From Felis catus (taxonomy: Eukaryota): a stretch of DNA of 64,000 bases. The position numbers and the translations under genes are program-made. The stretch lies in contig NC_058369.1 in NCBI RefSeq assembly GCF_018350175.1, positions 6,326,001 to 6,390,000 on the forward strand. The letters are read 5' to 3'. The notes below the pieces were generated by a model. The model saw only the letters and a program-made list of their open reading frames with translations, did no database searches and was not told the origin of the DNA. Below, one piece after another: positions 24,295 to 36,736 of the stretch (its first letter is position 1; each line of letters starts with the position of its first letter).

Positions 24295-25122
24295 GGGGTC
24301 CCTGGGTGGCTCAGTCGGTTGGTCGTCTGGCTTTGGCACAGGTCATGATCTCACAGTCCGTGAGTTCGAGAGCCCCGCGTCTGGCTCTGTGCTGACAGCT
24401 CAGAGCCTGGAGCCTGATTCGGATTCTGTGTCTTTCTCTCTCTCTGCTCCTCCCTTGCTAGTCCTCTGTCTCTCCAAAGCGAATAAAATCATTTAAAAAA
24501 AAAAGACAGAAATATCTGATTATATATACATAAACACAAATTTAGGGGGAAATGTTATAAACAAAACCAATAAGTAAAGACCAGTAAGTTGTCTGAGAAG
24601 GGTTAGGACCTTCACATACAAAGAATTTCTACACATGGATAAGAAAAAAGACAAACAACATAAATAGAAAACTGAGGAATCACATGAACAGGTACTTCTC
24701 GGAACCAAAAGCCAAAGAGCATATGAAAATATAGTCCTCAGGAACCCAGAGAGTGTGAGTTTCAGTGACAATGAGCTGTTACTTCACACCCAAGAGGGTG
24801 TCAACAAAAACAGAAAAGAGTGAGAATGTATGTCTGATTACTATCTTTTTGCAGATGAAATTATAGTGGAAATCAGAAAATTTGTGAAATTCTGTATATT
24901 TATTTATGACTTCCCATATTTTGTAAAATTGAAGTAAAAATTTCAAGCTGTTATCATAGGGATGCCTGGGTCGCTCAGTCAGTTAAGCGTCTGACTTCGG
25001 CTCAGGTCATGATCTCGCAGTTCGTGAGTTCGAGCCCCGCGTCGAGCTCTGTGCCGACAGTTCAGAGCCTGGACCCTGCTTCGGATTCTGTGTCTCCCTC
25101 TCTCCTTGCCCCTCCCCTGCTC

Positions 25123-25162
<40 letters not shown>

Positions 25163-27404
25163 AAATAAACATCAAAAAATAAAAATTTCAAGCTGTTGTC
25201 ATAAAGCACATAAAAAAGTGATAAAAAACATAAAAAAAGATAACACTTACTGCTAGCAGAGATGCAGAGAAAAGAACACTGATGCATATTGTCATATACA
25301 GATATTCCTTGATTTACGATGGGGTTACATCCAGGGGTTACACCAACATCATAAGTTGAAAATATCGTAAGTCCAAATGCGTTTAATACACCTAACCTAT
25401 CGAATATCACGGCTTGGCTTAGCCTACCTTGAACATACACAGAACACTTCCATTCACCTACCCTCGGGCAAAATCATCTAACACAAACCTATTTTATAAT
25501 GAGACCCTGAATAGCTCATACAATTTATTCCATACTGCATTGAACATGAAAAACAGAATGGTTGCCAGTGTATTGATTGTCTAAGCTTGTGATCTCATGG
25601 CTGACTGAGATCTGATTTAAAAATTCAAAGTATGGTTTCTGCCCGACGCATATCGCTTTCACACCATATTGCAAAGTTGAAAAACTGTGAGCGGAACCCT
25701 TGTTGAGCGAGGGACTGTCTGTATTTGGAAACTCTTCCCCTAACGTGGGGAAGCCATAAGCGGTCCCAGCCTTCCCAGCCCCCACTATGTGTCTTCTTTT
25801 TTTTAAAAAAAGATTTTTTAATGTTTTTATTTATTTTTGAGGCAGAGAGAGACAGAGCCTGAGCAGGGGAGGGGCAGAGAGAGAGGGAGACACAGAATCC
25901 GAAGCGGGCTCCAGGCTCTGAGCTGTCAGCACAGAGCCCGACGCGAGGCTCGAACTCATGGACTGTGAGATCGTGACCCGAGCTGCAGTCGGATACTTAA
26001 CCGACTGAGCCACCCAAGGCGCCCGGGAACTATACAGATCTTTAACCTTCGAGTCTGAACTTCTTCCGCTCAGCATAATGCATTTCAGATTCATCCACGT
26101 TGCTCTGAGTCTTTCTTTGAATCACTGTGGAACGTTCCAGTATAAGTTATTCCGCTACTGTTTTCCAGTCACCCACTGACGGTCATGTAAGACTGTATCT
26201 AGTTGTTGGCGATTACGAACAACACCGCTGTAAACATTCGTGGGAACACGAGTTTTTATTTTCCTCGGGAAGATATCTAGAAGCGGATTACTGGGTCCTG
26301 TGGGAAGCGTCCGACTTCAGCCAGGTCACGATCTCGCGGTCCGGGAGTTCGAGCCCCGCGTCGGGCTCTGGGCTGATGGCTCGAAGCCTGGAGCCTGTTT
26401 CCGATTCTGTGTCTCCCTCTCTCTCTGCCCCTCCCCCGTTCATGCTCTGTCTCTCTCTGTCCCAAAAATAAACGTTGAAAAAAAAAATTAAAAAAAAATG
26501 TACCATTTCTTGAAAAAGAAGAAAGATGAGGCAGAGGGCCGAGTGACCCGCTAGCCCGTGCACCTGCAGAGGCCACACGAGCAGAAATAAGGAAAGCCCG
26601 AGGCCCGGGACGCTGGTACAAACTGTTGGGCAGCACGCCCACTCTCTAGCACTTGACTCACAGGATCTAGAACACCCATCGCCACGTGATGGCAATGACC
26701 ACCTTTGAGAGACCCACCTGGCTTGTACCAAAACAGTCCCTTTTGGTCCTTTGCCCTGGACCTGCGACTTTCGAGACTAATTCTGTTTGCGTTTGTGGCT
26801 GAATGTAACACGTGTCCGATAAACCACCTCCTCTGCTATCTCAGCTAAAGAAAAAAAAAAAAACCGATGCATTCCCTGCAACAATGACAGCACTCAGGGC
26901 TGTCATTGACACATTTTAGCTATTCTATTTAGTGCAGAGGGGTAACTCATTGCGTTAGGGCCCCTTGATGACATCAGAAACCCCTGCTGATTGCCCCTGG
27001 GGCTTATGCTATCCCTGGATGGGGAAAGGCACCTGCGGTGCCCTCGATTGGAATATTCTTCTGGTCCCTTTCAACTGCATAACTGTGTGTGTGCATGTGT
27101 GCGTGTGTGTGTCGCGTGTGTGTGTGTGTGTGTGGGGGGGTATGGGCAGAAAGCCAGGGGGAGTTTATTAATGCCTCTAATCGGTTTGTATTCTCTTTAA
27201 AAATTTTTAATGTTTGTTTTTTGAGATAGAGACGGAGCATGAGCAGGGGAGGGGCAGAGAGGGAGGGAGATACAGAATCCGAAGCATCTCCAGGCTCAGA
27301 GCCGTCGGCACAGAGCCCGACACGGGGCTTGAACCCACGAACCGTGAGATCGTGACCTGAGCCGAAGTCGGACGCTTCACCGGCTGAGCCACCCAGGGGC
27401 CCCC
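24295..27404. mobile_element. Five CanSINEs (24295+, 24959+, 25797-26024 -, 5'-truncated 26305+, 27203-27404 -) among L1 and MER47 sequence
   Basis: Repeated tRNA head/(CT)n/A-tail structure; target duplications such as aaagacagaaatatctg and aaaatttcaagctgtt. Confidence 0.88.
25299..25721 (+). mobile_element. MER47-like Tigger (Tc1/mariner) non-autonomous element
   Basis: Ends CAGAT... and ...GTCTG flanked by TA on both sides; internal gatttacgatggggttaca...cctaacctatcgaa motifs. Confidence 0.85.
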
Positions 27405-28623
27405 AATCGGTTTGTATTTTTAAAGCAAAAGAGCACCTACCCACCTTGCCAAAACAGACCTACACGCAGGGAGGAGATAGTATTTATTCTGTCAGGAGAA
27501 GGTCCTTAGCTCACCCGGAGACTCAGGATGGCCAGAGAAAACACAGACAACTGCACATCTTATGTTTTTAATTCGCCAATGGTGGGAGTCCGGCGTAGGG
27601 ACCCTTTGTGGCAACCCCCAAGGACCCGGGGCTGGTTTCCCAAGTTCAGGCAGCAACCAAAGTGCAGGAGGCCGGACCTCCTTCTCCTGCCCACTCCTTG
27701 TTGGGGACCTACCTCTTCCCCTGCTGCTGAACCCCCAGAGAACCCACAGGGGATTTCAGAGGCTTGAACAGGAAAACCACATCTTAATATAACCCAAGAA
27801 ACCAACGTTCTCATAACGAGATGCCCACAGCAGCACAGCCTTGTGTCTTTCCATATTTCCAATTGTCAAGATGCATCCTGAAGCGGCTCCCGGGGCTGGT
27901 TAATCATAAGGGAGGGGTCACCGCTCTCTGAGAACTTCCCAAACAGCTTATTTCTCTCATGAAACCTTCACGGCCGTCCAGGGAAATGGGTTCCATTGGT
28001 CCCATTTTGCAGCTGAGGAAGCTGTGGGCTCAGTGAGGTGAGGCTCTGTGTCACGTGGCCCTGCCCCCCTCCCCCTTTCTGCGGTGTGCAGAAACCTTTA
28101 GAACGTCTGCCTGGTTAAGGACATGCCGAGAGGGACAGACCCTGGGAAGCCACTGCAGCCAGGTGCCGACCGTGCACCTCTGTGGCTGGCCCTGCCCGTC
28201 TCTGCCAGTGGCTGGGACCCATGTGGCTGGTGGAGTGGACAGCCCCCCCCCCCCCGCCCACCACCGCACCCAAGGGAGACACGTCAGGGGACACAGGGCC
28301 ACCCCCAGCAGGTCCTTTCCCACCTTTGCATTCTTCGTGCACTCCAGCCTTCCTGGAAAACACTGAGCCACTGTTGTCCTTCACCAGCGTCTCCCCTCTC
28401 TTGGCCCCCAGTCTGGTAGCTTCTTCTTCCAGCCAAAGCTCCCTCTGTGGACTTGCCTGGCGTGGGACAGGGGGTCATTCTCAGCTGCTGGGTGGGGGCA
28501 CACAGAGGCTGGAGATGGATGGAGCCAAATGCTGCCTTCTAATGATCAGGATAATCACCAGTGAGAGGTAGTGAGCACCCCGACACCAGGGTCATCCAAG
28601 GCTCCTGTTAGGGAGAGTCAGGC

Positions 28624-29383
28624 TTTTTTTTCTTCTTCTTTAAAAAAACTTTTTTTTAACATTTATTTATTTTTGAGAGAGAGAGAGTGCACATGTGCGT
28701 CTGCAAGTGGGGGAGGGGCAGAGAGAGGGAGACCCCAGAATCCAAAGCAGGCTCCAGGCTCCGAGCTGTTGGCACAGAGCTCAATGCGGGGCTCAAGCCC
28801 ATGAACCACGAGATCATGACCTGAGCCGAAGTCGGACGCCCAACCAACTGAGCCACCCAGGTGCCCCGGGGGAGAGTCAGGCTTTTATCTTTAATTTATT
28901 TTAAAATTATTTTTTAAATGTTTATTTATTTTTGAGAATGAGAGAAAGCGAGCATGAGCAGGGGAGGGGCAGAGAGAGAGGAGGACAGAGGATCTGAAGC
29001 GGGATCGGTGCCAACAGCCCAGGGCCCGATGTGGGGCTTGAACTCACGAACCCCAAGACCATGACCCGATCCGAAGTCAGGTGCTTAACCAATTGAGCCA
29101 TCCAGGCGCCCAGGCTTTTAACTTTTAGACTCTAATTCTGCCCTGGCCCCCATAGAGCTTTCTTTTTTTATTTCTTTAAAACATTTATTTATTATTTAGA
29201 GACAGAGAGACAGAGTGTGAGCAGGGGAGGGGCTGAGAGACGGGGAGACACAGAATCCGAAGCCGGCTCCAGGCTCTGAGCTGTCAGCACAGAGCCCGAC
29301 GTGGGACTCGAACCTACGAAAGTTTGAGATCATGACCTGAGCTGAAGTCGGAGGCTTAACCGATGGAGCCACCCGGGCGCCCC
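28624..29383 (-). mobile_element. Three tandem CanSINEs
   Basis: Heads near 28867, 29111 and 29383. Confidence 0.92.
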
Positions 29384-29479
29384 AAGAAGGCTCTGAGTCT
29401 TGTCTTGGCTGAGATCGCAGAGGAGGGGATCAGCTGTGCCCACCCCCAGCGTGAGCCATGAAGGGCTGTCGGTAAGTAA

Positions 29480-29960
29480 CCACCCACCCCGTCAGCCAGC
29501 CGCGGAACAGCCTAGCACAGCACGCTGCCCCCGCCCGGCACAGTCAGGCGAAACCCGCCCCCTGCACCTGACATCACCTGACATCACCTGCTCTCTGCGG
29601 CGCATCTGTTTGGGACCACGCACCGTGGCAGGCGTGGGAAGCCATTGCAGAGCTCGGGTCTCTTGGGCGGCAGACAAAATCGTAGGTAGGAAGCGGTGTG
29701 GCCTGTGCTCCCTGGGGGGAGCCCGGGTGAACTTGGACTTAGAGTCCAGGAGGGTTTCCAGGAAGTGAGGCTCAGCAGACGCCCGCAAGATGGGTGAGGC
29801 CGGGGCACCCAGGGGCAAGCCCTGGGCTGCAGGGGGGACCGGAAGCGATTCCACGGGTCTGGGGCAAGGAGAGCCAATGGGCGGGGCGCGGGTGGGGGTG
29901 GGGAGGGGCCCTAATAAGGAAGCCCGAGATGGAGGCCGGTGTGGATTGGGTTCCAAGACC
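29480..29960. promoter_or_regulatory. Orphan CpG-rich promoter-like element
   Basis: CCAAT (29874), adjacent GGGCGGGG, reverse ATTGG (about 29945), CCGGAAG (29839), GGAAGT (29761), AAGATGG. Confidence 0.55.
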
Positions 29961-30846
29961 TGGGTTTAGAAAGAACTTTAGGTTTCGCTCCATGAGGAGC
30001 CATGGGAGGCTGTAGGGGGTGGGGGGGTGGCAAGGACTGGGCTTTGTTTCTGGAAGATCTCTCTGGCTGGGCGGGGAGAGAATGGAAACGGGCTGCGCTC
30101 CTGGAGGTCGGAAGGCTGGTTAAGGGTCCTGCCGTTACCTGGGCCAGAGGGTGGTGGCCTAGCCCAGGCAGGGGAGGGAGAGCAGTGGGCGGCTTTGAGG
30201 GGGATTCGGAAGGAGAACGAGCTTGATTTGGGTCCACACGGGAGGTGGCGAGCGCGAGGATGCCTCCTGGCTCTCAGCCCGGCTCCCTGGTCCACAGGTG
30301 CTGGGGGAGGTGCCCTGGGGGGAGGGGGGGCTCCAGGGTCAGCACTTGGGACAAGAGGGCCTCGATGTCTGCTCACCTATGGGTGTGACGTCCCTGCCTG
30401 CTTCCCGCCATGTGCCCATTTTCATTTCCTGTGCCCGGAATTTTCCAGCGGCCTCTCGGGTTACCTGGAAGGAAGAGGGCAGGGAAGAAGTCCCCCCACC
30501 CCAGCAGCTGGCCCACAAGGCTGCCCCCGGCTGAAGCTCTTCCTCTTCCTCCGGGGGAGCCTGTGTCAGGGCGTCTGGGAACCCCGGAGGAAGGGCAGGG
30601 TGTCTCGGCCACGGGGGCCTCTCTTCCCATGCCCTCGTGGACTCAGGGGTCACGCAATCCCGGGTCCAGGTGGGGGGGGGGGCTGGGTCATCCGGTCACG
30701 TGTGCCTGCGTCTGTGTTTTCCTTCATTTATTCTTACGGCCGCAGGGTGAGAGCTTCAGTGTGAGCTGAACTTGAAGCACCCGCCCCACCTGCCTGCAGC
30801 TGGCTCCTTCTCCTTAATCCTCTGCTGTAGCAGCACCTGCTTGGGG

Positions 30847-30888
<42 letters not shown>

Positions 30889-31179
30889 GCCTCACCCCCG
30901 CCGCTCTGCAAACCTCCCGTTTTATTTTCTCTATTGTCCGTACTTTCTTGCTGTTGTCTGAAATCGTTTCTTGGTTCACACACTTGGAGCCTGCATTTGA
31001 AAGCAGATTTGGGGAGTGTGGGGATTTTTGTCTATTCCTTTGCTGCTAGGCACCTAGTAGGTCCTCAAGAAACGTTTGTTGACAGAAGGAGAAAGCCCTG
31101 GCCCCCAGAGAGACCACAGGGGACTGAGGGACAAATAATAGGCTGATAATAACAGCAATAATGTCTAACACTTACTCAA

Positions 31180-31800
31180 CCTTTAGGGAATATTAAGGGA
31201 ACACCGACTGTGCACCTGCGCCATTTGGAACTGGGACTCCAGCAGGGGATGAAGCTCACAGACGTCCCTGTTTGGGGGTGGCCTTTTCAAGTGGCAGGGG
31301 ATCGAAAATAAAAATAAAGACCCGAAGGAGGTAAAGGAGTGAGGTGTGGGCATATCAGGGGGAAGAGCAGTTTGGACAGATGGAACAGCAGGTGCAAAGG
31401 TCCTGGGGTAGTACCCTGCCTGGCATGTTGGAGGAGCAGGGAGGAGGCCCCTGTAGCTGGAGCAGAGTGAGTGAGGGGCAGAATGGGAGAGGGCAAGGGC
31501 AAGGAGGGGACAGGATGGGGTCCTGCACAATCTCGTGTGCCTTGAGATGAGTTGGGCTTTTACCAGGAGGGAGGTGGGCGCCCCGGATGGCCGTGGGCAG
31601 GAGGGAGGGTCCTGGCTCCCCTTTGGAGGACACTGGGGGGAGGACAGATGGTAGGGATGCGGGTGGGAGCAGGGGGACCAGGGGAAGGGGCGGGAGATGA
31701 GGGGGCTGACCAGATGAGGCAGCGGGAGGAGGGAAGGCGGTTGAATTCGGGGTGTATTTTGCAGACCGGGCACGTGGTGAGATTTGAGATTGGGTGAAGT
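31180..31800 (-). mobile_element. L2 3' fragment
   Basis: gaacagcaggtgcaaaggtcctggggtag...gaggaggcccctgtagctggagcagagtgagtgagggg. Confidence 0.75.
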
Positions 31801-33317
31801 GGGAGACTGGACAGACTGTGTGGCGAGAGAAAGCTTGTGGGTGAGGATGCCCCGAGGGTGTTGGAGAAGATGGAGAAGTGGAGGGGTCGCGGGGGGAGGG
31901 GAGGGGCAGGTCAGACGCTGGGTGTCACCGCCTGTGTGGGGGAGATGGCTGGAGCTGCAGTTCCAGGGAGGGACCTGGAGGTGCCCCCCGGGGAAGCATC
32001 AGCTCTCGTGAGTCCTCCTGGCTTCTTCGCATTGCTTTGGGGGTAAACGCCTTGTGGGGAAAGTATGGGGGGAAGGGAAGGGGGGTGCAAATGTGTGTGT
32101 GCCCCTGAGCTCGAGTGCCGGTGTCTGTGGAGGGCTCACTCTGAGGCCACCTTTTCTGACTCCCTAGGCCGAGTTTGAGTCCCCACCCCTGCCCCACGCT
32201 GGTGTCCCTCCCCCGCCAGCCTCTTGTTCTCCCTCAGGTCCGTGTCAGCAGCTGGTGGGGTTTGAGGAGCTGGTGTTCCCTCTGGTGTGTGTGGGGAAAG
32301 GCAGAGAGAGAGGCAGAGAGAGTAACCCCCAGACACGGGGCTCGATCTCGCGAACAGTGAGATCATGACCTGACCGAAATCAAGAGCTGGACGCTTAACC
32401 GATGGAGCCACCCAAGCGCCTCCGGGCTGGCTTTTAGTAGCTCTCGTGGGACCCCCGGAGCCGAGCACAGAGCCCCCCACGTACGCGAGGTGCTCCGTAG
32501 ACATCGGCGGACACGGGGCTAAGTGTGTGCGGCGCTGGGGGCTGGGGATACAGGCGGGAGCACCCGAGGATACCGACGACAGAAGACGCACAGCCACTGC
32601 GTGTGTGGGTCGACCGCATCTCCGTGTGCGTCACACGTGTGCTCCCGCGGGCTGAGCGTGGCTGTGAGTGTACCTGCAACTAAGTGTGCATGTCCACGTG
32701 AATCCCCGTGTGCCCTGAGCACACCTCTGCTTGCCGTCCCGCACGGGTACGCCTGTGCACACGTGGCTCTCTGGGTGTGTCTGCCCAGGGGGCACACGTG
32801 CGTGCCTGCAGGGGTGTGTTAGAGCATATCCGTGACTGCGGGATCCCGTGGGTGTCCACGTGTACCCAGGCTTGTCTGTGTGTGTGTTTGCAGGGGTGTA
32901 TTTGAATGCCTTCTTGCCTGTGTGCTAGAGACGTGCAAACGTGTGCTTGAACACGTGTGTGCAGGTGCCCATATGAATACATGCGTGTCCCCCACCTGCT
33001 AATGTACGTACCGCACGGGTGTGTCCAAGGGGGGGTCCGTGCATGGTGCCGAGATGCCTTCAGACCTGGCTAGGCCTGATCCCAGGATCTCCTGATGCCC
33101 AGCACTGCTCTATGTCAGACCCAGAGAACAGCTTGGCCCACGGAGACTCCCTTTTCCTCCTAGCCTTGACCCCAGCCCCTCTAGCCCCCCCCCCCCCCCG
33201 TAAGCCAAATGTACCTTCAAAGAACCAGGATGCAGTGGAGGAAATTCCTTCTGGCAGCTTCTGGGCCTCTGGGCCATTCCCAGGGAGGAATCCAGAACTG
33301 TCTGGAGTGGCTCCCAG

Positions 33318-33387
33318 GGACAGGAGCTGGGACCGCGCATGGACAGGGGCTGGGACCGCGCGTGGACAGGGGCTGGGACCGCACATG
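33318..33387. repeat. Three-copy 23-nt tandem repeat
   Basis: ggacaggggctgggaccgcgcat-like units start at 33318, 33341 and 33364. Confidence 0.9.
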
Positions 33388-33631
33388 CTGGGTTGTTTGG
33401 AGGCTGGTTCTGCCAGCTGGACCCAGCTCCGTGCCTCCCCTGCCAAGTCCAGACAGAACTGGATGATGAACCTGATCTATTGGCCAGCTGGTGTGTACCC
33501 AGCAGTGCGTCTGGGAGATTATGGCACCAAATTGTCAGCGTGCCTTGAGGGGCACTATCGATCGGGCCCCGTTTTCTGAGCTAGAGGGACGCAGAGGGGC
33601 AGGACGGACCCCAGGCCTGGGTGACTCTACC

Positions 33632-33860
33632 CCTGTGGCTCTGAAATAAGGGGCAATCCCCCCGCCCACCCCCGCCAGGGAACATCTGTCAGTGTCCGAA
33701 GATATTTTTGTTTGCCACACCAGCCAGGGGGATGCGCTTCTGTTATCCAGTGCGTGGATATCAGCACTACATCCTACAAGGCACAGAAGGCCCCCCCGCC
33801 CCCCTGCAAAGGAGGCTACGACCCCAAATGTCGACAGAGACGAGGCTGAGAAACTCTTGC
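33632..33860 (+). mobile_element. MER20-like hAT element
   Basis: ccagggaacatctg...gatatttttg...catcctacaaggcacag...gctgagaaact. Confidence 0.75.
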
Positions 33861-34455
33861 GAAGCTTTTTGAGAGCGTCATGGGAAGCAGATAGGATCCT
33901 GAAGCATCTGGACGTTTAGAGACATAAAAGGTGTCTCAGGTGCAAAAACACCTGACAGATGCTTCAGAACATCAGAACAGATGACTAGCCGGGAGCCCAC
34001 GAAAAGCTGCTCAGCGTCGTTTCTCATCAGGAAAACGCAAATCGGGACCACCGCGAGATACCCGACTGCACGCCCGCCAGAATGGCTGAAGTGGAAAATT
34101 CAAACAATACCAAGTGTTGGCACAATTATGGAGCCACTGGAACTCTCTGCTATTGCCAGTGGGATGTCAGATGGTCCAGCCACGCTCTGTGAGTCAAACC
34201 AGGGCGGGAAGTCGCGTGACCAGCCCAGATTCCGGGCCGGATCTGATCGAGCAGAGGATCGCTTTCCAGGCTCAAGACCAGGGGGCCTGGGGCTCATGGT
34301 GCTTCCCACGGGAAGAAGGACCCTAGTTCAAATGATTCAGGATTTTCTCTCCCTGGTGGGTACAAACATCCAGTATAATGTCAGTGGCTTTGGCTTCTTG
34401 GGAACCCTGCACTGAGCATAGCTACTGTGTAAAAAAAAAAAAAAAGGAGTCCTTG

Positions 34456-35686
34456 GGGCACCTGGGGGGCTCAGTCGGTTGGGCGTCCGACTTTGGCTCT
34501 GGTCATGATCTCACGGTTTGTGAGTTCGAGTCCCATGTCGGGCTCTGTGCTTTTTTTTTTTTTTTTTTAAATATTTTTTAATGTTTATTTATATTTGAGA
34601 GAGAGACAGGCGGGGCAGGGGCAGGGGCAGGGGCAGAGAGAGAAGGAGACACAGAATCGGAAGCAGGCTCCAGGCTCCGAGCTGTCAGCACAGAGCCCGA
34701 CCTGGGGCTCAAACCCATGAACCATGAGATCATGACCTGAGCCAAAGTTGGATGCTTAACCGACTGAGCTACCCAGGTGCCCCAATTTCTAAGATTTCTT
34801 ACATAAAAGGTCATCTTTTGTGGGGCACCTGGGTGGCTTAGTTGGTTAAGCATCTGACTCTTGGTTTCAGCTCAGGTCATGATCTCACGGTTTGTGGGTT
34901 TGAACCCCTCTGCATTGGCAGTGAGGAGCCTGATTTGGACTCTCTCTCTTCCTCTCTCTCTCTCTGCCCCTCCCTCACTTGTGCTGTCTCTGTCTCTCTC
35001 AAAATAAATAAATAAATTTAAAAATTAAAAAAAATACTCTGTCCCAAAAATAAAATAAAACGTTAAAAATTAAAAAAAAATAAAAGAAGTATCCTTTTGC
35101 AAATGTGTTTCAAATATTTTTTAAAGGATTTTAAAAAAAAGTTTGTGTTTTTTATTTTGAGAGAGAGAGAGAGAGAGAGCTCTTTTGACTGGGGTATGGG
35201 CAGAAAGAGAGAGTGGAGAGAGCATCCCAAGCAGGCTCCCAACTGTCAGAGCCGAGTCTGACGTGGAGCTCGATCTCACAAACTGAGATCATGACCTCAG
35301 CCGAAATCAGGAGTCAGACGCTTAACCAACTGAGCCACCCAGGGGCCCCTCAAATATTCTTTTCTAGGTTTTCTTTTCTCTTTTAAGTTAAAAACATTTT
35401 TTAAGTCCTATTTATTTAAGTAAAACCTCTACACCCAACGTGGGGCTCGAACTCATGACCCTGAGATCAAGAGTCACACGCTTCCAAACTCCACCGACTC
35501 AGCCAGCCTGGCGCTAGCCTGAGCAGGGGAGGGGCAGAGAGAGAGGGAGAGACAGAGAATCCCAAGCAGGCTCTTCACCGTCAGCAGGAACCCGATGTGT
35601 GGCTTGATCTCATGAACCGTGAGATCACAGCCTGAGCCAAACACAAGAGTCGGATGCTCAACTGACTGAGCCACCCAGGTGCCCCT
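34456..35686. mobile_element. Dense cluster of six or more CanSINEs in both orientations
   Basis: Truncated +, full -, full +, then three - copies. Confidence 0.9.
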
Positions 35687-36736
35687 CTTTTAATTCTTTA
35701 AAAGTGGTTTTTAGTCCCTAGAAGTTTAATTTTTTTATCTAGTCAAATGTACCAGTCTTTTCCTTTGATATTTATGCCATTTGTAAATATTCATCTCATA
35801 TTTTCTTCTAGTGGTGTTTTACCGCAGTGTTTTTGCATTTTACTCTTTTGTCCATCTGGAATTTATTTGGTTATGAGGGTTGATGTGCAGGTCAGACTTT
35901 TTTTTTTCCCCCCAAACGATTACTCACTTGTCCCAGGTCCGTTTATTGAATAAGTAGCTGTTTGCATTCTGGTTTGAAGTTGCTCGTTTATAAATACCAA
36001 ATAATTATCTTTATTTGGATCTGTGTAAGGATTTTCTGTTCTTTTCTAGAAATCTATCTTTTTTGTTATCTGTACCATAGTGAAATCTTCATAATATTCT
36101 TCCCACCCAGGAATATCTATTTGTTTAGGTTTTTTTATCCCTTAAAAGTGTAGCGATTTTGGAAAAACAAGTTTAATGATTTGTTCCCGTTAACCCCATA
36201 TAAACCCATTACGTTTCCTGGTACTTACTGGTCACTTCACATTTATGTTTTTATTTTGTACCCCGTTGCCTTCCTGAATTCTTATTAACGCTAATGGTTT
36301 TTTGGCTAGATTTTCTAGGGTGAATAAGGTTATTTCCTGTAGAGAAATATTAATTGATTTCCTTTTCTCTTGATGCTTATTCCCCCCCCCCCCTTATTTT
36401 TTCTTGTTCTACTGGGATGGTTAGGGCATCAGAATACTAATAATGGCAACATATTCTTTCCTTTAACTGTAACAAGAAAGCTTGTGTTTCCCTATTAAAC
36501 GTGATGGAGTTGTTGCGATAAAACAATTTCAGTTTAGGAAAGTACTTTATTATTTTTTCATATTTGACAATTAATAGCAACAGCTACCATTGACTGGGTT
36601 CTTAATATTTGCTGGGTACTTTTCTAAGCATTTTTCCAGGGATTGTTTCTTTTAATTCCTAACAATAGTCCCTTCTTCAGGAAGAAGCTTCAGCTCAGAA
36701 AATTCAAAGAAAATCAGCCAATGGAGGAGTCAGGAT

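Noticed and set aside
32600..33030. CACGTG-rich stretch as an E-box cluster
   Set aside because: A degenerate (TG)n/(CA)n low-complexity tract generates these words by chance.
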